A DNA stretch of 64,000 bases from Polymyxa betae A26-41 (lineage: Eukaryota > Protista > Endomyxa: Phytomyxea). The notes under the pieces are model-generated. The model saw nothing but the letters and a program-made list of their open reading frames with translations. It was not told the DNA's origin and did not search any database. A program made the translations under genes and the position numbers. Where the stretch lies: assembly GCA_003693705.1 (NCBI GenBank), contig RBZT01000959.1:2077-66076 (forward strand), read 5' to 3'. This document shows positions 51,414-61,509 of the stretch, piece by piece (the stretch's first letter is position 1; each line of letters starts with the position of its first letter).

Positions 51414-53204
51414 CTATCCACCGATGGAATATTGAATGATCTCACAGTCCAAATTTCTAAGGTTCAACAGAACCGTTTGCCCGCTCTCGGCAAATCGCGG
51501 TACAGCTATAAGTCTGACAGTATGCCCTTCCGGTGTCGTAATCAAGCGAGAATCAAACTAGAGCGAAATGCATCATTGATCCGATAAACAGCATACGAAT
51601 GGTTAACCTTGGACTGATTCCCGGCAATGTAGACGTGAGGTGAAGGAGAGAGTGAATCTGAATCTCCAATAATAAACGGATCGCGATCATTGAATGGCAA
51701 ACAATGCAGTGTATCTGGGCATGTGGGACATGATATCCTCCAACGATAGGTCGCCTCAATGATATCAATCTCAGACATAGAATCTGTGTATTCTAAAATA
51801 TCGTGGACATTTTGACCTGAACACAGAAATAAGCCCGATTGCAGAAGGAGTTTTAGAACCCAACCAGAAGTTGCATATAACGAGATGCCATCAACAGAGA
51901 GTTTGGCAGGATTTGGCATTAAGTTCAAAGAAGATAAACGTGATGACCGTGGCAGAAACAATGGATTATAAGGCTGCTGAGGTAGAGCAACATTGGTCGG
52001 ATCCATAAAACCAGGCATCAGATCCACATCCATACTATTGCATAATCTCTCTAATAGCCTGATTGAGAGCATCAGTTCTAGATAATCGCAAATATTACTC
52101 TGCATACAGATCTAAACATCGTAAGGCTGGCAAAGTTTGAGATGCCGCAATCGTGCCGATTTTTTTTGGTCGGGCAGCCAGGCCAAGATCTTCTGGTAGT
52201 TCATTGCGCATCTCGATGGAATCACCACAGATGACGACTCGAGAGACCAACCTCAGAGCATGATCAGATTGAGAGTCAGCAATCACACCTAAAGAGAATA
52301 ACTCAGACTGCGGTCGAAGACATCGCTGGGTATTACCAGTGATATGATCAGCCATAAGATGTGGAAGGATGGAGTGGTTGCCACAATGAAGACCAGAAAC
52401 AAGCAAAATAAATTTGTCTGCTGACAGTGATGGCAACGGGTTTGGAATTAATGCAGGATGTATCAGTTCATGGACATAGAATTCTCCAGAAGCCAGCAAA
52501 CGGCCACGAGCGCCCAGAACAATTCCCGTAACGAGACGGTCGATATCGACGTCACCAGATAATCTTAAACGAGCATGCTCATCTTCAAGTTCAACATGAT
52601 CATCATCTGACACGAAGCGACCAGCTAGCTTCGTTTTGTTGATAACAGTCTCTTTAGCAACCGCCTAAATAACATAGTCAAAGACACAGATACGCGTGGT
52701 ACAATTGATTTCACATTTTCAGCAGTATATTCATCAATGACAGATGGCTTTAGCTTCATATTCTTGTAAACGGTTCCAAAAATGATGCAATCAATGTTAT
52801 CTTCTATTTCTAAAAGCGAATTGCAAAGCTTCACCTATACCCATCATCAAATAACGCAAGCCTGGAAGAATCACTTCAGACCTTGCGTTCATCAATATTC
52901 ATGCTATTACATCTATCAATAACCATCTTGCGAACTTGCACTAGACGAATGAAATACAAAGAAGAGTATTGGGGTGCAAACTTGATCTTGACGATATCAA
53001 ACTCTGATGCATTATCAAATTTTCTTCGAAGATCAAGCAGCTGTTATGCCGACTTTGATTATCATATTGGCATTCTGACAACAACCGAGTTGTGTGATGC
53101 TGCTCGTCGTCGTTTGCGGCTAAATCATAAAGAGGATTTGCAGATGCAATCGTCTGGGTTGGCAAGTCATGCGTTTGTGATAGTAAATCTATAATGGCGA
53201 CCAT
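51414..53204 (-). CDS. POLD2: DNA polymerase delta small subunit
   Basis: QYSSLYFIRL, GTVYKNMKLKPS, LEDEHARL, LMPGFMDPTNVALPQQP, CPTCPDTL...DPFII and PHVYIAGNQ motifs. Confidence 0.95.
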
Positions 53205-53392
53205 GATGGAACTGGAAAGACAACAAATGAAGAGAGATGATGTCCGCATCATATCATCACAACAATTTTCAAATTCAGACCCTCTACCTGCTTCATACTG
53301 GTTTTTCGAATTATTTCAACAGATATCATGTGGTTTATATCATGAATTGAACCATCGATATTGAGTCAATCAGTCATTTTGTTATAACCAGC

Positions 53393-53620
53393 ATGAGGAA
53401 TAATGGCTTGGTCGCCTCTCTTATATTAATCTCGATTGTATGGTGTTGCTCACTATCCTCAGCCTTCAGTGGCAGTTGGGGCACCGGGTCCACCGCTCTA
53501 GCTGATGCTAAAGCTAGCGCGATGAAATCGATCGGCAATGTGAATAGCCCTCCCGATTTCAAATCTCAAGCTCAAAAGTTCGCCACCGATTTCTTCACTA
53601 ACCATACTACGAAGCAGTAA
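53393..53620 (+). CDS. Small putatively secreted protein (75 aa)
   Basis: Intronless ORF with a signal-peptide-like N-terminus (MRNNGLVASLILISIVWCCSLSSA). Confidence 0.6.
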   Translation: MRNNGLVASLILISIVWCCSLSSAFSGSWGTGSTALADAKASAMKSIGNVNSPPDFKSQAQKFATDFFTNHTTKQ

Positions 53621-53774
53621 AATGATGCCAAGTTTGTATAATAGAACCCAATACCCATAGTCTTATATCAATCCAATACTATAAATGATTCTTTTACAAC
53701 CAGACCTTAAGGTATTTGGATGTTGCGTGGTGTACTGGTGTGGCCCCTGCTGCACTTTCACATGATTAAAAGCC

Positions 53775-56700
53775 ATGTCAGAGACAGGAGATTGGCAGCT
53801 GGTTCATGAGAGATACTATCGGCGGCGTCATGTCTGCTCCATGCAATGGCCATTTCATATAAATCTTTCGCATAATCGCCATCACCATCTATCAGCGGCA
53901 TCGTATTCCGGGCCATTCGGTTAGCGGCATGGTGTGCAGCTATACTGTTCGTTGATGGTTCTGCTGTTGTAGCGTATCTCAATACTTCGGCTAGGACGCC
54001 CGAACTCAGCATCTTTTCTCCTAATGGGATTCTCATTTCTTCGTTACATGTAAAACGTTGGAGTCTACATTAGATGGTTTTGTGATATTGTTGTATGCAG
54101 TGGAAGTATAACAATCTGCTTAAGATGGCTTGGTCTGACGATCTTCAGCTGATCTGTGTACTGACGTAAGTGTTTGCTGCTAAACATAAATCATGTTTGT
54201 ATTGGCTTAAGTGCTTAACAAACCGAATAGAGATGGCCGAGTGTTCGTATTTTCGCTACATGGGGAGCTTGAAAATCAGTTTATTTTAGGAAAAGTATTC
54301 GATGCCTTTTATCTATCAACTTGGAAACCAATTTTTGCTGTAGGAGTCGACAACGTATGGCGTTCATGATTGTTGCATTTCCGAGAACTACATTGTGGCA
54401 GTACTCGAGGTAATCGAATCCATCTATGAAATGTTGAAACTGATGCAATTCAGACGACGCATGAGCTCGTCTTGTTTCGTGACTTTACGAACCCGATTCG
54501 AATTGGATTAGCTCAACCCGATTTGCATCGAGCTGAGCCACCTACAGCTTTAACAATGGTGATCAATCAAGATCGAACAAACGATGGCGACTCGGCACCT
54601 TCAGTGACCGTTATTTTAGCGTCACAATCGGGAACCATGCTGACCTGTGATGAACAAAAATCTGAAGACCAGGTCTAACAACCAGCTTCCTGCTTTGGGC
54701 CATAATAATTTGTAAGCAGTTGTTGACCCAAGGACCTTTTCGGTTGCTGGCGGTATCGCCAGATGGCCAGAAATTAGCATGCTTCGACTCGCACGATACA
54801 CTGCACTGCATCACTCGAGACTTTAGAAGAAGCATTTTTGAATTTGGAACGAACACGAGCTCAACTCCAGTGGAGTTGAACTGGTGCACGAACAATGCTG
54901 TAGTTATCACTTTTGATACTGTAAAGCCAATTATCATTTGGTGAATCCGTCCTTTTTGCTCATTTCTGCAGCATTTACTGTTAGTTGGCGAACTGGGTTA
55001 CAGTTTCCTCTCGTTTCCTTATAGCATTGCGGCTCGCGTGTTTGCTGAAATCGATGGTGTCCGGGTCGTCACCGCTACGGTGACTGAATTTATTGAACAG
55101 GTTACACAAATCTTGTCTTATGTTTGTTTAAAAACTGTTTTCATTGATTTTTTCAGGTCCCCAAGTCTACAGAATCTATTTTCACAATAGGAAGTATCTC
55201 ACCCGGCGCCATGCTTTATGATGCAGCAGAGGCACTTGAAAAACAATACGAAAACGTAGACGAAGCATTGCGGTCCCTTGTTTCAGGTTCTGCTAATGGT
55301 TTCCTAACAAAACTAAGATCTCATCTATTTTGTTCTCCAGATCGCACTGCGATAATCGACGCTATTAATACCTGTTTGGACGCAGCCAAGCATGAATTTG
55401 ATCCAGTTCGCCAGAAACGGCTACTAAAAGCGGCTTCAGTTGGAAAATTATGCTATGACACACATCGTAATAAGATTGACGTAATTACTGTATTTTCATG
55501 AGGAACATAACATTCATCATATATCCTCTTAGGAGAGTATTTGTGAAATCGATCGAAATATAATCCGGGACATCTGTGTTTTATTGAGAGTTTTAAATGC
55601 TGTACGTACCCTATCTATCCCGATTACATACGAGCAATTCATGGCGCTAACACCGGATAGATTTGTCGATCGTCTTAATTCACAGAACGGTATGGCATGA
55701 TTGTGATTCTTAAGTGTCCTGCTCATCATCGATAATGTAATATTATAGTGCATGATCTCAGTCTGGCGATTTGCAATTTACTTCAATTGGATAGTAGCCG
55801 CGTCTTACTGCATTGGGCTATCAGTAAAGTCAAACATCGCCCTGCGGAATCCGATTCCACTGAAGACAAACAGCTTGCACACATTATTGTGCAAAAACTT
55901 AAGGTAATTTACAATCCTTATGTCGTCAACATTCAGTCAGTTTTAGTCGTTCGCAAACATATCGCTTGCACCTATAGCATCAGCTGCCTATCGTGCGCAT
56001 CGCCCGGCTTTAGCATTAACTGTAAAGCTGCCTTCTTCTGTTTGTTGACGACATCTCAGTTCTTTTTAGCTTTGTGAACATGAGATCAAAGTTCATCTTC
56101 AAGTCCCTTTGCTGATATCTATGAACGAGGAAGAATCCGCTCTGGACAAAGCCATTGAAAGTGGCGACACAGATTTAGGTGCGAGTGTTCGTTGCTTTTA
56201 ACCCTTCGATTTGAACACCTGCTTAGTTCATCTTTGTCTTTTACATCTGCGTCGATCTCGCTCCTCGTCAGCTCTTTTCTCGGTTCTTCGGAATCGACCA
56301 TTAGCTCAAGCATTGCTTCTCCAATATGCCAAGCAGTCTCAAGACATCGAACTACTTAAAAGCACTCTTGCAGCCTTACAAATGTCACGGACTGCTGGTA
56401 TGACAGCCATTGAACAGGCATGCTACTCAGAATGAACAGTAATCAGAACTCTTATTGAAGTTACCAGGCATACCAGCAAAACGATACTACCACCTGCATA
56501 CAACACTTACAATTAGCTGGACAGTTTTTGAACCAAGACAAAAGGGATCCGTTTTTTGCAGTTTCCACAATGGAACATGTTAAACTTTTGCAGGTTATTA
56601 CGGTTATCATGTTTTTCTAGGATGCGCTAATCTTTCTTAGATCCAGTTAAGTTTAGGTCCAGATTCGTCACATTTGGTCGGGAAATCGGTTAGCGAGACC

Positions 56701-57261
56701 ATTGAGTATTTCTTGTCCACAAAGCAGGTTGCTCAAGCCTCAAAGATCCAGACAATGTTCAAAGTTCCTGCTAAACGGTATCGTAGAAACCCATAAATTG
56801 CAAGTCCGTATCACTGATCTTCGCAAGGTTCTGGCACATACAGGTCCAAGTTTATGCCCAAAATAGCAAATGGGCAGCATTATATTCTCTTGTAGCTCTA
56901 TGCTAGACGCAAAGCTTCCAACTAAGAATGGATAGGTTGACCGGAAAAAGATGCCCCCTGTTGGCTATACTCCATTTATCGAAGCCTGCCTAACGGCAAA
57001 CAATGTCCAAGAGGCCGTTCGCTATATTGAACTGCTAAGCGATATCGCAGAGCGAATGGAATGGTTGTGTAATATTGGCAAGTAAGATCGTCAAGTCTGG
57101 AATCCATACTAGAGCTTAAAACTGTTCAAAGATGGGAGCATGCGGCTAAATTAGCGATCGCCAATCTTGATGTTGACGCACTACAAACCATTCGTGCTAA
57201 CTGCAACGAACAGAAAGTCATTGATTTGGTTAGCAGGGCCTTAACACGCCTTCAGGGATAA
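53775..57261 (+). CDS. VPS16: HOPS/CORVET subunit VPS16
   Basis: GDWQLVHERYYRR, LAVSPDGQKLA, EIDGVRV, SPGAMLYDA, QKRLLKAASVGK, LDKAIESGDTDL, FKVPAKRFW and PVGYTPFIEAC motifs. Confidence 0.95.
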
Positions 57262-58454
57262 ATTTGTCTGCATGCGGTTGATGAAGCGCATGAATTTTCC
57301 GAGAAGATACTTCGTTCCACAGGGCTTGTTTTCGTCGGATCATCGTTTTATCGCCTCGGTGACATTTGCAATTTAGTCTTACACTTCCGAATCAAACTAA
57401 AATTTATATTATTGCTTAGCCTTGACTCTGGATGCGACCAGTACCGGCTACAGAGTGTAATGTATAGACAAGAACATCTTTCTAAATGTCATTATCATCG
57501 GTTTGTATTATCTCGGTTTATATCATGATCAGTTGTTTTCATATTATAACCTATAAGCCTAACACATACTTTGACTTGATGACTGCTGCTGATATTTTCA
57601 TATGTAGAGCCATTTCTTAGTCTGAAACCATTTTCCAAAATGGTTAAACGCTTTTGTTGACTTTCCCTGCTCCTTCCTGACCTTATTTACCGATAACGTA
57701 CGATATCTATCACTGTTATAGTCAGGGTGTGAGGTCTCGCGCCGCATAAGAAATATCTTCTAACCTCAAAACGGAGCAGTTTCCCAAACAAGCTGTGATT
57801 GCCCTTTGTCGATCAATTACGTTGCTACAACCTGATTTAAATCTTTTGTAAGTTCATCCAGAGCTTTTTACTGAAAGAAATTATTCTGTTATGGATAAAC
57901 AGAACGCTACAGAGTTATGGCATTGGTGGTCAGGATTAAACTGTTAAGTTTCATGCACTGAACAACTTTCCATAATCCTGGCTAAGAAAGATTCTTCACA
58001 ATGAACCTTCTCAGGCCGCCATGTCGCGATTGTTAATTCTTCAACTGGTGCATTCAAATGTCAGACTTCATTGTACACGGTTTAACTCCAACGAAATCAA
58101 TAAATTTCATATAAATAATCTCATTTAGCAAAAGAATTACATCGACACAAAGGTACTGCTTAATTATTGTATTTATCTTTAAGCTGAAAACATAGAAATA
58201 CTTAGGGCTCCGATCGGGTTCGGTTAATTAACCTTAAAGTTGAATTTATCAACATCATCTCCCAGATTGACGATTGTTTGGGAGTTGATCACACGTCATA
58301 CAGCAATTTGATATCGTCATATAGAAATATTTGTGCTTTTTAAAAAAAAATGATTCTTGGGTCAGCTTAACACGAATTGCAGTTTTCTTGTTTCTGTTCA
58401 GATCTATTTCAAGCGTCAGTTTGACAACAAATAGTAATAAGACCCGCCAGTATC

Positions 58455-59399
58455 TTACTCTTCAAAAATGGTTTCTTTTTGCAGAGTCTTGTCCCATTTC
58501 CAAGGATTCAGTAAGGCATTCATCTTAGCATGATGGCCAACCAAATGATTAGCATGAACTATAACAGGACCATGTGGATGTTGCTGCCAATCATATCCAT
58601 CATGAAACATGGTTCTCCCACTGGCAAATTTCCATTTAGGCACCATGTACAGGTCAAGCTGTCGCCGATCTAAAAGTTGGGTCATTGCTCGACCTAATGC
58701 ATGCTGATCATCATGAGATGGATCTCGTGCACATTCATCAGACCAGGCCCTGAGCAAGACCCGAGATTCTTGATTGCCAGTAAAATAAATCAGGCATGAG
58801 CACCAGTTTGATGGATTGCCTTCTTCTGATATGATAACACTTGTACCAGGGAACTGCTTTAGAATGGCATCAAATTCGTCGAATGGATTACGACGGTAGA
58901 ACGTGTCAATATCTGAGTAAAACACAGCATAACCCAGATTGACGATTGCTTGAATGAAAGACGGTCTTGTTCGAGTTAGTTGATTAAAAAGATCAGTACC
59001 CCATTGGGCAACGCCGCCCAGATCTTGGGCGAATAACGGCATCAATAGGCGCTCATGATATTCATCATATAGGTTCTTGTAGGTCGTCTCGTCAAGCGCA
59101 ACAATGACAATGTTTCTCACACCAACATTGGAAGCTGAACGTCTCCAGGCATGGAACATGTCGATATAACCAGAATTCACACCAACCACTGTTAAGCGAT
59201 TATTCTGATCAGCTATTTTGTCAAGCATAGATAAAGTGGGCGGCCACGATTGCTGTTGTGCTGGGAGAGACCTTCGATTAAAGCTGTGGCCATTGAAATG
59301 TAATTTGTTGGTCATCAAAGTAATTATCAAGCATGATGAAGCAAGAAAAATCGTGACGATAAGCAAAATCAACCGCCGATAGGTGTAGAAACTCGACAT
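58455..59399 (-). CDS. Type II membrane glycosyltransferase, nucleotide-diphospho-sugar transferase family (GT77-like), intronless
   Basis: N-terminal TM helix, IVALDE, TRTRP..I, LGYAVFYSDIDTFYRRNPF (DxD motif), DDQHAL and VHANHLVG..AK. Confidence 0.88.
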   Translation of the reverse strand: MSSFYTYRRLILLIVTIFLASSCLIITLMTNKLHFNGHSFNRRSLPAQQQSWPPTLSMLDKIADQNNRLTVVGVNSGYIDMFHAWRRSASNVGVRNIVIVALDETTYKNLYDEYHERLLMPLFAQDLGGVAQWGTDLFNQLTRTRPSFIQAIVNLGYAVFYSDIDTFYRRNPFDEFDAILKQFPGTSVIISEEGNPSNWCSCLIYFTGNQESRVLLRAWSDECARDPSHDDQHALGRAMTQLLDRRQLDLYMVPKWKFASGRTMFHDGYDWQQHPHGPVIVHANHLVGHHAKMNALLNPWKWDKTLQKETIFEE

Positions 59400-59849
59400 C
59401 GCTTAGAGAATAAATTGAGAATCTGGGAGCAAACAGACTGATTTTGTTCTGTCTCTGCTACTTGAATTTCAGTGCTTGAACCATGAGAAGGTCGTTGACG
59501 TTGTTGCAGAACCAGTCACAGGAGCTGAGGCCAGCCCAGGCAGCTAATGCCCAACACGTACAAATCGATGTGAGCTTTGCTATTCTCAGAGCTCGTCTTA
59601 CTGGCTTTCTTATCTTACTAACCGTCAAGGGCGAATCCGCACCGAATCCAAAGTCCCGCTATAAATTTGACATTTCCCAGACTTGCAAGGAACAATGATA
59701 CTAGATAGTAGATTTGTTTCTAAGTAGTTTCATATCTGATAACAAAAGAAACAAGTGAACTTTGACAGAATGGCGATGGTAAAAATTGGATTTAAAGTCT
59801 AAAGTGAGTGGAAATGCTAAAAGGGTTTATAATACAACTATGTGTACAG

Positions 59850-60582
59850 ATAAAATGGAATAAACAAGTTTAAAACAAAGGTTTAGCGCTCTGGTGAACG
59901 ACGCAGGAATCTATTTATCGTTTATCACATACAATGGTTGTGTAAAACTCGGTTAACAAAGTATTGATCCCAAATTAGATTCGACCTCAAAACTCTCCCT
60001 TATTAGCCAATCGATAGTTGGCATGAGCAAACATCGCCACACTTCAATTCTATGATGATTGCCTAGTTGATTGTAACAATCCTGTCTAACCTGATCGTTT
60101 CGTGTTGGGACTCGAATTGAGAGATAAACCAAAAAGCTGACCTCGGGTAGCAATATCGATTTCCGTTATACTGACTGGAAAGAATGATGCGGTCAGATGA
60201 CATTCTTGAGCCAGATCCGGTAATATAACCTGGATCGTGGAATCACCAACTTCAGGTTTGCTTTAAATACTCACCATACCAAACATACTTTGTATACGAT
60301 GGGAATCAATTGGGATTTGGTTATTAAACGGTGTTTGCAGGCAGTCAGATGGCAAATGTGCTTTACCAGAAATGTTAAAACGAGTATCTATGATACCGTC
60401 AAACATTGGAATATCAAATGTGATTTCTCGTGTGTAATGATATCCCTAAGGCTCACTTTCATTTGGTTGAATTTCTACATGTCTCTGTGATACGATTCCC
60501 TGTTTAAACACTTCGGCGGTGGAATGAGACTTTGAGCTGGAAGGTTGTCTATTAAGGCGCCTGCTAAACGACTGTCTCACAT
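59850..60582 (-). pseudogene. Degraded putative double-jelly-roll major capsid protein (Polinton-like virus/virophage type), N-terminal half
   Basis: One long frame with stops at 60446-60448 and 60263-60265: ...GIVSQRHVEIQPNESEP*GYHYTREITFDIPMFDGIIDTRFNISG...IDSHRIQSMFGMVSI*..., and further on FTQPLYVINDK*IPASFTRALNL. The pattern resembles PLV MCP N-termini as I recall them; not searched. Confidence 0.5.
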
Positions 60583-60991
60583 AATTCTTAATTATAACTA
60601 ATATTATTTTTATTCAAAGAATGGTCAATGACTCTATCATAGTCAGAGTCAGTGTACTCGACGTTCCTGAATGACTTTGGCGTATGTCTACCACATACAA
60701 CTTTCGTAAGAAATCAAATTTTAATTCCAAAGTGCTATAGTCAATGGAGGTATCAGAGGTACCTACTCGCAAGTGAGGTGTATATAATAAACAACATTAA
60801 AATTTAAATTCTTCACTGGTCTCACGATTAATGAGTTCCAAGTCAATCAAAGCACAAAAAATAGAATTCTCTATTATAAAAAGGTACGTCTTTAAGTGAG
60901 TCCATTTGTACAGTAATAAATATTTCTCGTTTTCAATTATTTTTATTCTGTGAATTACTAACAAATTTATTGACAAATAGTAATAAATATT

Positions 60992-61436
60992 ATGGTGGTG
61001 TCATTTAAAGACCTTAAAAGTGTAGGCAAACGGCTCTTGCAAAACATCAATATCGCTAATGCTAAAAAAGCATTAGCTGTGACCAATGACGTACAAGGAG
61101 TTATAGATAAATATGATTCGGACATCGTTCGTAGGGAATTATATCAACGTGCAAGGCTTGGAATTAGAGCAGGAGACAACATTTTGAACAGAGGCGGTGT
61201 GTTGTCCCACCAGAATCAAAAGTAGACCTGTTTATAGAGGAACAGAACGAGCATTGGCCGAGCAGATTGCACAAGACCTAAAGCCATCGAGAACGGAACG
61301 TTCTCTCGACGGCCTGCGGCCGGAGTACGACAACCAAAAGTTCGACGTGCTACTATTGCCTAATTGTTTAATAAAGACCTACTATAATATTATCTTGAAT
61401 TATAATCAAATTAAAATCAAAGGTAATTCAATATGA
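60992..61436 (+). pseudogene. Frameshifted small basic protein of the virus-like block
   Basis: MVVSFKDLKSVGKRLLQNINIANAKKAL... continues in a second frame near 61220 (IKSRPVYRGTERALAEQ...). The N-terminus is amphipathic and basic. Confidence 0.45.
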
Positions 61437-61509
61437 CCCCCCATTTTTTGTTGGAATTTAATGTAAATAAAAGTGTGTACAACACTAAATTTATATACAC
61501 TAAAATTAA

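Noticed and set aside
45484-59399. Functional cluster of UXS1, the GT77 gene and GNPDA (sugar metabolism)
   Set aside because: They are separated by many unrelated housekeeping genes, with no evidence of co-regulation.
59700-59730. AGTAG motifs as a Polinton terminal inverted repeat
   Set aside because: Too short, and the other end of the element is outside the window, so no TIR or TSD can be shown.
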